Assembly (NCBI GenBank): GCA_964016885.1
Contig: OZ024754.1
Coordinates: forward strand, 40,548,001-40,612,000
DNA from: Eledone cirrhosa
Lineage: Eukaryota
DNA length: 64,000 nt
Direction of reading: 5' to 3'
A program made the translations under genes and the position numbers. Below are positions 12,813 to 24,323 of this stretch, one piece after another (position 1 is the stretch's first letter; the number at the start of each line of letters is the position of its first letter). The notes under the pieces are model-generated. The model saw only the letters and a program-made list of their open reading frames with translations. It was not told the DNA's origin and did no database searches.

Positions 12813-14093
12813 CCAGTTTAATTACCAAACCTTGTAGCCTCATAATATTCTGCTTGTCACAACTTGTGTTCAAATGTTACACTTTTAATAATACCAACTC
12901 TGAAATGAAATCAAAAACATAAGCGAAATCTTTATCATAAGTGGAAAAAGAAATAAGAACATTTTTTAAAAAATAAGGAATTTCCCTAGGTCCCATTAAT
13001 GATTATTTTGTGTGTAGCCCCCCCCCCCATAGACTGTTGCAGGGGAAATGATTCAAAAACTTTAGTAGCGCGCTAAAGGCTAAGACACTTCTTCTAAAGC
13101 ACTTCAGTCACAAATGAGTTCTAAACCACCCTAACCTTAACGAACCTATGGTACCCTACTCTATGAGCTATCACAAGTCATTGACGCCATGCTTTCCAGC
13201 ATAGTTACGTCCCTTTACGATTTGAGTTCAAATCCCGCCGAGGTTGACTTTGCCTTTCATCCTTATGGGGTCGATAAAATAAAGTACCAGTAATGCACTG
13301 GGTAATTTGCTGGCTTTGTGCCTAAAGTAGAAACAATTATTATAATCTCTACGTCAAATAGACTTTAAAAATATGAGATTCAGTAAGAAAAAATGGTGGT
13401 AGGCTGCTAGAGATATGGTAAGTGGTGTACAAGTGTTAGGCAGCAGGCAATTCCACTGTTTACCTCTTAGTGGTAAAGGTTCACATTTTATATTCAGGGA
13501 ACAAATCGACCCCTAGTTTTGGTTTCAAATGTCTTGTACGGTAATCAACTTCCCCCTCTTCACTTTCTTTTTCTTTGTTTGACTAAATATTACATTCTTT
13601 ATTACCAGTAATTATAACGGCAAATAAATTATAATCCTGTAAAAAAGAAAATGATGAAATAAAACCGACGCTCAGGTAATTCTGTAAATCCACCATCCTT
13701 TTAAATCTTCAGAACTGAATAAAAAAAAAATTTCTGAATCGAGGAATTTAATGCAGATTCGTGTTTGAAAACATTTATTGCGCGAATGGTATTCCGTAGT
13801 TGCTATTTATTTTTCTCCGACTTCTTTTCAAGAGAAATTTTATCTGAAACTTTCTATTTACACGTTTCTTGGCAATAGAAATTAATGCCAAAGACATTAA
13901 TTACATTCAGATTTCTAAAGCTACAATAAACTTGTCACTTATGGGTACTTTAATCGTTTTCCTAATTTTAAAGATTATTAAAAACACAGGCAAACGTGAT
14001 TATTTCTTTAGTAGTCAGTAACCTTTTCTCGACCTGAGATGTTTTGATTAGAAAACTAACGAAGACAGTTGGATATTTATTCGTTAAATCATC

Positions 14094-14337
14094 ATGTATC
14101 ATTGCCAGAGGTGCGCCAATTTCTGTTGGTTGAGTGCATCTGTAAAATCAGTGAATAATTTGAACTTTTATTATAGATTAAGAGGTTTTTTTCAGTGTAG
14201 CCACAACTTAACGAACGGTAAATTTAACCGATCTACAAATGAAAATAGCAACAAGGCAGACACGTTATATGAAAAATATGCTGAGCTGAAAACTAAAAAA
14301 ACATCTCCATCGTACATATTCAGAGAAGATGTTGCTG
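14094..14337 (+). CDS. TFB2M: Mitochondrial transcription factor B2 / dimethyladenosine transferase 2, exon 1. Model: 14094-14337, 16843-16911, 18084-18175, 18810-18960, 19718-19866, 21033-21128, 21641-21694, 22131-22297, 24983-25085, 26452-26562 (1236 nt, 411 aa)
   Basis: ATG 14094; basic/Ser-rich, acid-poor N-terminus (transit-peptide-like); GCTG|gtatgt donor; all ten exons are GT-AG, phase-compatible and stop-free. Confidence 0.8.
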
Positions 14338-15036
14338 GTATGTTGGTATATATATAATTTTCATCTTATTTCGTTCGATCATTCATAATAAATTCTGTTA
14401 CTAATCTTCAAATATGCTTATTTTTTAGACATTTCAGCCTGTAGCATTTCAACATATTCGTGGAATCTGGGCCGCTGGAAGCCAGTTTTTGTGATTGGTG
14501 GTGGTTCGGCCTTATTGAAGTATTATGTGATGCTCGTAAAAAGGTGCTTGGCTATTTCAGCGCCTTAGTCTCGCTATCACCCATGGAAATATTATAGTCT
14601 GTTTCAACAGTATTCATACATCTCCTGCCGATTTTTTTTCTTTCTTTCAATGCTTTTAAAAAGCTGATTAATTTCTACTTATTTGTTTTCTTTTACAAAT
14701 CATAAAAATTATATTATTTAATCGAAATTATAAATAAATATGTCAGATTATTTGTAAAATATATTTTTAAAATTTCTCAATCCTTCATATTTACAAACTA
14801 AAATATATAGAATACAATATAAACACGAATATCGTGTAATTTTCTAAAGAAACAATGATAAATGATCCCAGTATGTATATTTAATAATGTTTGCTTTCAA
14901 GTATATAATGTCTAATTATATATAATATATATATTTAACAAGGATAGTATTGTTTAGGATATCCCAGATTCTACAATACCAAAATAGAAACATTTCAAGG
15001 CGAATATTTGGGAAGTTCGATTTTATTTGAAGTTTA

Positions 15037-15068
15037 TGCGCATGCGCTAAAAATACGAGGCATGCGCA
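15037..15068. promoter_or_regulatory. Tandem NRF-1-type sites (TGCGCATGCGC, GGCATGCGCA) in TFB2M intron 1
   Basis: two near-consensus YGCGCAYGCGCR matches 22 bp apart in otherwise CpG-poor DNA. Confidence 0.5.
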
Positions 15069-15407
15069 TTGAAATTTCGACAGAAACGAGGACAAAAACT
15101 ATAATGATAATCTGTACTTGAAACATTATGCCAAGAATTGGCGAAATTGTTAAAGCATATCACAAAATGCTTTGTGGTGTTTATTCCAGGGTCTGTTTGC
15201 TTTGAATTCAAATTTGGTTGAGGTCAACCTTACCTTTCATTCTCTCAGGGTCAATAAAGTAAGGTACCTGATCAAGGTACCATATTAGGGAAATGTTTTA
15301 TTGTATTTGTTCTCGATCTTTGTGTCTGGAATTCAAATCTTGGTTGGTAGTTTTATTTGGTTTCCCTGTTTTAACACCACCATTTTGCCTTTCGGTGCTT
15401 TTAGCCC

Positions 15408-15636
15408 TTAACCCTTTAGCATTTAAACTGGCTGTATCCAGCTAGAATTCCCTCACCTCTTTCTGTTCAAACCGGTCATAACTGGTTGCTAATACTGATG
15501 TTAAGGTATTCTTCTCAAAATAAATAATATCAAAATCTCATAGATTCGATATTATATGAGATAATTATGTGAGGTAAAGCCTTTTATGTGAAAATACAAT
15601 AGTATATATAGAGCAATGTGAATGCTAACGGGTTAA
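15408..15636 (+). mobile_element. piggyBac-type MITE (TTAA-flanked, CCCTTTAGCATT TIRs), representative copy
   Basis: other copies: 1462-1671, 8486-8679, 42860-43060, 45988-46203, 62297-62487 (same orientation); ~16930-17149, 25150-25311, 26142-26375, 31302-31503, 36191-36416 (reverse). Confidence 0.8.
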
Positions 15637-16842
15637 GTTACCAAGCTGGCTAAAACCGGCTCTGGTACTGTGAAATAAAACCACCCATTTTAAAGGTTTC
15701 CAATTTAAATTCAAATCTTCCAATATAATTTTATATAAGAACCTTACATTAAGTTACAATCTTACTAATGAAATAATCAATAATTTTAGTGAATCCCTCA
15801 AAATTCTTCATCAACTAATTGAAATAGAGTGTATATCATTAGAAATATGGTGATGAAAGGGTTAGCAGAGTCCAGTTCATTGCAAGCATTCAAGCCAGGT
15901 CTCCAGTTTAAAGGTATTCCCTTTTTCCCCATCAGTCTTGGAGGCCATGAAAAGGACCTTCGACCCTGTGCTTTACTCCTAATTAAAGCATTAACAAAGG
16001 GAAAAGAAAAAACATCCATTGTTTGTTGCTTTACAAAATGTAATGATGTTTGTGTTCATATTTGGCAGGAAGGGCATTGTTTGATATAATCATCAGCATC
16101 ACCATTTAACGTCTGTTTTCCATGCTTGTTTAAGTTAGAGAGGCAGTCATGTTATCAGGTTAGACAGGGCAGGTGACCACATCTTGTTCGTATGCTCCAT
16201 TTTGGGCTTGAATTTCCAGGTTAGACAGGGCAGGTGACCACATCTTGTTCGTATGCTCCATTTTGGGCTTGAATTTCTATGGTTGGAACGGTTGCATTTT
16301 TAGTGGCTCCAGCACTACCACTTTACAGGGTGGACTGGATGCTTTTTTAGTGGCACCAACACTACCACTTTACAGGGTGGACTGGGTGTCTTTTTAGTGG
16401 CACCAGCACTATCATGATACAGGGTGGATTGGGTGCTTTTTTAGTGGTACCAGCACTACCAGATTACAGAGGGGGCTGGATGCTTTTTCTCATAGCACCA
16501 GCACTACTACATTTCATGGTGGATTGGATTCTTTTTTCATGGCACCAGCGCTACCACTATACAGAGTGGACTGGGTGCTTTTTGTCATGACACCAGTATG
16601 ACCACCTTACAGGGTGGACTGGGTGCTTTTTGTCATAGCACAAGCACTATCACCTTACAGGGTGGACAGGGTACCTCCTGTTGTAGTACCAGCACTTATA
16701 CAGTTATAATATCATAATGACAACAAGTAAAAAAAATGGTAGCTGGAGTTTTTTTCTGATATATTTGAGAAGAAATAGTTTTGTTATTAAGTGAAGATCA
16801 CTTTCTAATTTCCTTCAAAATAATATTTATTTCTATTTTCAG

Positions 16843-16911
16843 ATAGTATTGCTTTGAAAATTATGCAGTCACGCAAAGTCAAAAAGACTCCTATTATTGA
16901 ATATAATCCTG
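16843..16911 (+). CDS. TFB2M: TFB2M exon 2 (DSIALKIMQSRKVKKTPIIEYNPG)
   Basis: ttttcag acceptor, G|gtaagg donor; E-x-N-P-G SAM-binding motif I typical of mtTFB2. Confidence 0.88.
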
Positions 16912-17294
16912 GTAAGGAGTATTTTATAGTTAGCATTTACATTACTCTATATATATTATTATATTTTCACCATAAATACTTTATTTCACATAATTATCTC
17001 ACATAATATCAAATCTACCACATTTTGATATCATGTATTTTGAAAACAATACCTTAACATAAGTATAAGTAACTGGTTATGGCTGGTTTGCACAGAAAGA
17101 GGTGAGAGAATTCTAGCCGGATACAGCCGGTTTAAATGCTAAAGGTTTAAACTAATTTTGTTAATATATATGTGACTGTATAGTTAAGAAGATCATTTCA
17201 CAAATATATTGTCTTGGCTTCTATTCCATTGTGGCACCGTGGGCGGAGGTTCATTACCGGTTCTTTTGTCATCTTTGTGAGGTTCAACATCCGC

Positions 17295-17920
17295 AGATCA
17301 GCTTTCATCTCATCTGCTACTCCTACCATCCTCAGATCAACTTTCATCACCACATCTGCTACTCCTACCATCCTCAGATCAACTTTCATCACCACATCTG
17401 CTACTCCTACCATCCTCAGATCAACTTTCATCACCACATCTGCTACTCCTACCATCCTCAGATCAGCTTTCATCACATCTGCTACTCCTACCATCCTCAG
17501 ATCAACTTTCATCTCATCTGCTACTCCTACCATCCTCAGATCAACTTTCATCACCACATCTGCTACTCCTACCATCCTCAGATCAACTTTCATCACCACA
17601 TCTGCTACTCCTACCATCCTCAGATCAGCTTTCATCACATCTGCTACTCCTACCATCCTCAGATCAACTTTCATCTCATCTGCTACTCCTACCATCCTCA
17701 GATCAACTTTCATCTCATCTGCTACTCCTACCATCCTCAGATCAGCTTTCATCTCATCTGCTACTCCTACCATCCTCAGATCAACTTTCATCACCACATC
17801 TGCTACTCCTACCATCCTCAGATCAGCTTTCATCACATCTGCTACTCCTACCATCCTCAGATCAACTTTCATCTCATCTGCTACTCCTACCATCCTCAGC
17901 TCAGCTTTCATCTCATCTGC
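17295..17920. repeat. 39/42-bp minisatellite amplified from an RTE 3' fragment (minus strand VMKVDLRM)
   Basis: unit TCAGATCAACTTTCATC(ACCACA/TCA)TCTGCTACTCCTACCATCC; flanks continue as RTE sequence. Confidence 0.9.
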
Positions 17921-18083
17921 TCACATCATCCTTAGTCTACTCCTACTACATACTCCTTCCAGTTGCCACTCCTGGTACTTCTTTACTCAGCAATCTCCCA
18001 CCATAACTATTCTGTGTCGATATCAGCATCTTCTTCCATTCTTGCACACTGTGTACTGTATTAATTGTATCCTTATTTCTTAG

Positions 18084-18175
18084 GGCCATGTTTGCTTACC
18101 AAGAAGTTATTTGAAAGAGGTGCCAAATCTGTGATAGGAATTGAGTCGAAAACAAATTTTCAGCCATATTTAGAA
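18084..18175 (+). CDS. TFB2M: TFB2M exon 3 (PCLLTKKLFERGAKSVIGIESKTNFQPYLE)
   Basis: tttcttag / gtgagt; resembles mtTFB2 PGILTQALLEAGAKVVALESDKTFIPHLE (recalled). Confidence 0.9.
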
Positions 18176-18439
18176 GTGAGTTATTCTCAATAGTTTGTTG
18201 TTATTATTTTTGTTGTCTTTATTGTTGTTGTTGATACTGTTGATGTCATTGCTGCTGCTGATGATGTGGGTATTGTTGTTGTGGTTATTGATACTGTTGG
18301 TGTTGTTGGTATTGTTGTTGATGAGTGGACAAAAACAAGAGAACGACCAAGAGTGAGATGGAGAGACAACCTCATTTGTCATTTGGGGCCTAAGTGGCCA
18401 AGGCTGACAGAAAACCGACATCGCTGGAGACAGTCCAGG

Positions 18440-18681
18440 GTGATAATGTCCTGATGAAGAAGACAAATTCTTTATATTTGTCTCACAGAGTGATAATGTC
18501 CTGATAAAGAAGACAAATTCTTTATATTTGTCTCACAGAGTGATAATGTCCTGATAAAGAAGACAAATTCTTTATATTTGTCTCACAAAGTGATAATGTC
18601 CTGATGAAGAAAACAAATTCTTTATATTTGTCTCACAGAGTGATAATGTCCTGATAAAGAAGACAAATTCTTTATATTTGT
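18440..18681. repeat. 50-bp tandem repeat, ~5 copies
   Basis: TGATAATGTC recurs at 18441, 18491, 18541, 18591, 18641. Confidence 0.92.
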
Positions 18682-18809
18682 GATATTCTGTCTCAAGTTT
18701 TACTGAGAAGATTTCAGCTTGACTTTTTATTGATCTTGCACTTGTTGACATTTTTCATATTACAATTTTACCAACTTATTGTTGAATTCTATTATTTTTT
18801 TTATTTTAG

Positions 18810-18960
18810 GATACCCAATCTTTATTGGGAAACAAAAAATTTAGTTACCATTTTTGGGATCCATTCATGAATGTTCTGGTAGATTCTAAGAAGATGTCAC
18901 ATATAATTTCTAAAGAAAAAGAGAGTTTTAAACAAATAAAACCTCAACCTTGGTGTGGAG
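18810..18960 (+). CDS. TFB2M: TFB2M exon 4 (DTQSLLG...IKPQPWCG)
   Basis: ttttag / gtaatg, phase 0-1, open frame, conserved PW. Confidence 0.85.
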
Positions 18961-19244
18961 GTAATGTTATTTTCGCTCTTCCATATTTCTAATGATTCAC
19001 AAATAATTTGGCAGTTTTGTCCACATCCTAAACACTGCCCCACCCTATGTCCAGAGCTGTAGCCCAAGTGTCCTTGCTTTTCCTCTCATTTATGGCATTT
19101 ATAGTCCTTTCCTCTATTTTCCCATACAGTCAGATCTGCGCTTCTTTACCCCTTTCTCTTTTTTCTCATTAATTAATTTTGTTTTTATCTTTCTTTTCCA
19201 TATTTATGTAATTATCAATGTTTTCTCAAGCCAACTTCATGAGT

Positions 19245-19655
19245 TCCACCACATGTATGACTATGGTGTAATCCCACATGTATGATACTGACTATGGTGT
19301 AATCCCACATGTATGATACTGGCTATTATGTAACACCACATGTATAACACTGACTATGGTGTAATACCACATGTTTGAGACTGACTATGGTGTAATACAT
19401 GTATTGTGTATCACACAGACTATGGTGTAATACCACATGTATTATGTATGGCACTGGTGTAATACCACATGTAGTATGACACTATGGTTTAATACCACAT
19501 GTATGACACTACGGTGTAATACAACACGTATTATGTATGACACTATGGTATAATACCACATGTATGACACTATGGTATAATGCCACATTATGACACTACG
19601 GTATAATACCACATTATGACACTACGGTGTAATACCACATGTCTTATGTATGATC
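19245..19655. repeat. Irregular ~25-30-bp minisatellite (ACTATGGTGTAATACCACATGTATGAC)
   Basis: direct inspection. Confidence 0.8.
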
Positions 19656-19717
19656 ATTGTGTAACATCAACCACTGACATCAATGAAATGAAGTAATAAA
19701 TGTTTCCATTTATTTAG

Positions 19718-19866
19718 ATCCTTATGCCAGTATATTTGGAATCTTAACTCCAAATAAAGCCAGATACTTTATAGGTTTATTGATCAATTGTCTCGGTACT
19801 AAAGAAACTATATTTAGTTATGGACGTCCAGAACTATTTCTTTTGGTACCTGCCCGTCAATTTAAT
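19718..19866 (+). CDS. TFB2M: TFB2M exon 5 (DPYASIFGILTP...TIFSYGRPELFLLVPARQFN)
   Basis: tatttag / gtaagt; IFxYGRxEL motif of mtTFB proteins. Confidence 0.9.
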
Positions 19867-21032
19867 GTAAGTATGTTCACGTCAGTGTTGACATTTTAAC
19901 ATAGTTTTGTCTCTATGCTAGCTCTAAGAAAATATTTAACCTTTCTGTTTGTTATCTTCCATAATATATCTTGTGATGATTTACCTCAGCGATTAGAGAG
20001 TCACTCCAGGTAGAGCCACTACTTCTCTGAATTGAGAGATCACAGCTCTGATATTACAGACATGTGGTTAGAATGTCTCCAGAAAGAATTGCTGGACAGA
20101 TTTGTAGCTCAGAGATCAGAGAGTCGCTCCAGATAAAGCCGCTACTTCTCTGAATTGAGAGATCACAGCTCCGATACTATGGACATCTGGTTAGAATGTC
20201 TCCAGAAAGAATTGCTGGACAGATTTGTAGCTCAGAGATCAAATTCACTCCAGGTAGAGCTGTGTACTTTTCAAACACTCAATGCTTCGATAATTCTTAA
20301 GGTTTACAGCCTATAATTTTCAAATCATTTTGAAAATAATCAAGAATTTGGAGGAATTTAGTAATATAACCAACTTTGTCATTATTAAGTTGGTGTTTTA
20401 AGTTAAAATCCTGACTAGGTTAGTTTTGCCTTTTATTCTTACGGGGGTCAATAAAATAAAGTACCAGTAACACACATCATCATTTTACGTCCACTTTTCC
20501 CTGCTTGCAAGGGTGGGACGGGAACTGATTCTGGCTTGATTTCTACAGCTGGATGCCCTTCCTAACACCAACCTCATTTACAGTGTGGGCTGGGTGCTTT
20601 TTTGCTGTGGCACCTCCACGACCACTTTGCAGTGGAATGATAGGGACCCCAGTCCTATCATCTCATTTCTACAGTTGAGCAAACTGGAGCAATGTGAAAT
20701 AAAGTGTCTTGCTCAAGGAAACAACACATCACCCGGTCTGAGAATTGAACTCACAACCTTTCGAAACCACTAAGCCATGTGCCTCCACTGAATACAATTT
20801 AATCAACTTTCTCCTCACCCCAAAATTGTTGGCCTTGTGTCTAAACCAGAAACTATAATTAAGTTAGTGTTTGGAACATAACTTTAGAAAGGTTCCTACA
20901 TGAATCTACAAGGGAAGGTTTTGTATCATAAGACCTGGGGTATTCTCTAGTGTTTTGCTGCTAAGAGTGTTGGCTATCTTTTATAATGTTTAATATTCAT
21001 TTCTTTGAAATATTTTTCTATATTCCTTTCAG

Positions 21033-21128
21033 ACATTTAACGTCAAGTTTCCCCACACAAATTACCTTTCCTATCGCAAAACAAGTTCTATTTTAAATAT
21101 ATTTTTTGACATTGAAGTTCTAATGGAG
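21033..21128 (+). CDS. TFB2M: TFB2M exon 6 (TFNVKFPHTNYLSYRKTSSILNIFFDIEVLME)
   Basis: ctttcag / gtaaga, phase 0-0; Y-R-x-x-S motif. Confidence 0.88.
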
Positions 21129-21640
21129 GTAAGATAAATATTAGTCATATTTTTATAAACATTTTCTTTCCTGTTCTTGATTTAACATTTTACTCTTTCA
21201 TTAAATGAACTACATAAGATGGTAGTGCTGATCATGTGACAGGGGACAGCTTAGTGCTGATGATGTGACAGGGGACACCCAGTCCACTCTGTATCAGATG
21301 GTAGTGCTGGTGATGTGACAGGGGACATCCAGTCCACTCTGTATAGATGGTAGTGCTGTTGACACAACAATAAGAGCCCAGTCCACTTTGTAAGGTGGTT
21401 GTTCTGGTGACATGAGAAAAAAGCTCCTGGTCCACTCTGTAAGGTATTTGTAAGGTAATGTTGAAGAACAAAGGATCACTGAGAAGGTAATAAGATTAAG
21501 ATGAAAAAGAAGAAGGTTATCAAAAAACAAATAAAGAATATTAGTAAATTTAAAAATACAAATGTTTTGATTATGAAGTTACAACCCTATTGATGTTTGA
21601 TGATCTAAAAATAAAGTATTTTTCTTTTAAATATTTTCAG

Positions 21641-21694
21641 CTGAAAGTTTCCGACGTCTTTCCACATTTCACTGTTCCTAGAAAGTTTTATAAT
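21641..21694 (+). CDS. TFB2M: TFB2M exon 7 (LKVSDVFPHFTVPRKFYN)
   Basis: ttttcag / gtaagt, 54 nt, phase 0-0. Confidence 0.82.
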
Positions 21695-22130
21695 GTAAGT
21701 AGCATTATTATTATTATTATTTGACAGAAATCGGCGGTGGATTGGCAGTATCGGTAGAGGGTCGGACGCCATGCTTTGCAGCATAGAGTTATAGCCCTTT
21801 ACATTCTGAGTTCAAATCCTGCCAGGTTAACTTTGCCTTTCATCCTTACGGGGTCAATAAAATAAAGCACCAGTAATGTACTGGGGTCGATTTTATCCCC
21901 CCCCCCCCCCCCAAAAAAAAAAGTTGCTGGCCTTGTTCCTATAGTAGAAATCATTATTATGATTATTATCCATTTTAAAAATTTATATTTTGTGTTTCTG
22001 TGTGACAGTATGTTTTGGTGAACCAAGACATCCATGAGATCAATATGTTGGTTCATCAATAACCAATCAGTATTAAAAAATCAATAACCAATCACTCTTG
22101 TTTTTTTTTTTGTTTTTTTGTTTTTTTCAG

Positions 22131-22297
22131 AAATCAGGTTCATCTACAATAGTGGATAAACATTCAATATATTTCTTTAAGATCATCCCTAAACAAATCA
22201 AAGATTCAATATCAAACCCAGAAACTTACTCCAAGTTCCTCGTCTTCATGAGCCAAATTCTTCAAAAGAGAACCAATCGCTTGATACCAAAAATGGA
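22131..22297 (+). CDS. TFB2M: TFB2M exon 8 (KSGSSTIVDK...QKRTNRLIPKME)
   Basis: long polypyrimidine tract + cag, GA|gtgagt donor. Confidence 0.88.
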
Positions 22298-22786
22298 GTG
22301 AGTAACTTCTCATCTGTCTGTCCGTGGGTGTGTGTGTGTGCATGGGTATGTGTCTGTGGGTGTGTGTCAGTGTATGCATGTGTGTCTGTCTGTGTGTGTG
22401 TCTGTGGGTCTGTGTGTGTGTACATGGGTATGTGTGTGTCTTTGGGTGTGTATGTGTGTGTCTATGGGTGTGTATTTGCGAATGTGTGTGTGTGTGCATA
22501 TTTGGTTGTGTGTGTTGTGTCTATGTTTGTGTGTGTGTGTTTGTGTTGAGTGTGTGTGTGTTGTGTCTGTATGTTTTTGTATTGTGTGTGTGTGTGTGTG
22601 ATCATCAGAATTACTTTTACATCTGCTGACATTGGTTGGACAAGACATTGTTGATACAGTACTCAACGACTGCCCTTCCTGGTGTCACAACCCCCCTGGT
22701 ATAAGGTACAGAGTTCCACATGTTAAACTACTGACCTGCTGGTCATAATCAAACATCACACCACAATCGAATTCTTTTTATTCTTA

Positions 22787-23353
22787 AGTAATTTCCTTCT
22801 AAAATATGATAAATTACAAGTAATTTCCTTCTAAAATATGATATATTACAAGTAATTTCCTTCTAAAATATGATAAATTACAAGTAATTTCCTTCTAAAA
22901 TATGATAAATTACAAGTAATTTCATTTAAAGTATGATAAATTACAAGTAATTTCATTTAAAGTATGATAAATTACAAGTAATTTCATTTAAAGTATGATA
23001 AATTACAAGTAATTTCCTTCTAAAGTATGATAAATTACAAGTAATTTCCTTCTAAAATATGATATATTACAAGTAATTTCCTTCTAAAATATGATAAATT
23101 ACAAGTAATTTCATTTAAAGTATGATAAATTACAAGTAATTTCATTTAAAGTATGATAAATTACAAGTAATTTCATTTAAAGTATGATAAATTACAAGTA
23201 ATTTCCTTCTAAAGTATGATAAATTACAAGTAATTTCCTTCTAAAATATGATAAATTACAAGTAATTTCCTTCTAAAATATGATAAATTACAAGTAATTT
23301 CCTTCTAAAATATGATATATTACAAGTAATTTCATTTAAAGTATGATAAATTA
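22787..23353. repeat. 31/32-bp AT-rich minisatellite, ~18 copies, two interleaved variants
   Basis: AAGTAATTTCCTTCTAAAATATGATAAATTAC / AAGTAATTTCATTTAAAGTATGATAAATTAC. Confidence 0.92.
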
Positions 23354-24173
23354 AATGTAAAAAAAACGACCTAACACTTTGTCATCAACTTTCGTTGTCA
23401 TCAGTATTTTTAAAATACTTTGTTATTGTTTTTAATTTTATTTTACCATTTAGTTGTATGATGACAGATTCTTTCTGACAGCTTTTCATTTCCATGTTAT
23501 TATCACTTTTCATTGTAGGCCTAGAGTCAGTTTACTCTCTAATACTACCACCACATCTTTCATGTCCTCTGGCTTTCTGTGAAATCATTACTGTTTTATT
23601 ATGGTTTTATTTTTTAATAAGAGGCTGATAAAATATAATACCGGTCACATACTAGGGTTGATATAATCAACTTTGTCTTCTGCTGGATTTATGCTAAAAT
23701 TAGAAACCATTATTTAATAAGAGGAGGAAGGAAAGTGTCTTTGACTTTGACCATTTTTCCCAGAGTGATGAGTTAGATGTTATTGAAGGGCAGTTTAAAC
23801 TGCTCTACTTATTTATTTAAACTGCAAATGAGCCCTGATCAAGCAGACCTGATTAAAGACATTCTAGCTATGATGGTTCTATAATATTTTCTGGCATAAT
23901 TCATCTAGGACTACGTTATTCAATATATAGTACAACAAACATTTTAAGGCTATTCTCCCTTCTAAAGCAGGGTTTGTCCTTATAGCCTCCATGACAAGCT
24001 TCTCCATTTTACCTTACTATCTACATCCCATCCACCCTCACAAACCTTCTGCTTGTTGAAGAGGTGATTAAAAAGCTTGGTGCCTCTGATGAGTTGTAGT
24101 GCACCTGAGTACTGTACACAATATTCCGATTCCAACCCGCCCGTCCCCTCAATCTATCTTATTTCTCATTCTT

Positions 24174-24209
24174 TCTTCTGATGAAGGACTAGCGTCTGAA
24201 ATGTTAAGA
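24174..24209 (+). ncRNA. Minimal hammerhead-like motif of Penelope pLTR type
   Basis: TCTT-CTGATGA-A-GGAC tagc GTCT-GAAA-TGTT-AAGA; stem III essentially absent. Confidence 0.45.
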
Positions 24210-24323
24210 CCCTCTTCCTGCTATATCAAGCATTAAACTTATATATTCCTTCCATATACTGTACTGATTGTATTGTTATTTCTGTTTACCTTTTACATAC
24301 ATACACACAAATATATATATATA

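Noticed and set aside
17198-18083. Three overlapping long ORFs (237, 289 and 234 aa)
   Set aside because: By-products of a stop-free 39/42-bp minisatellite in TFB2M intron 2
24085-24125. CTGATGAG as a hammerhead core
   Set aside because: No stem II or GAAA follows; it is the CR1-like tail also seen at ~37470-37510
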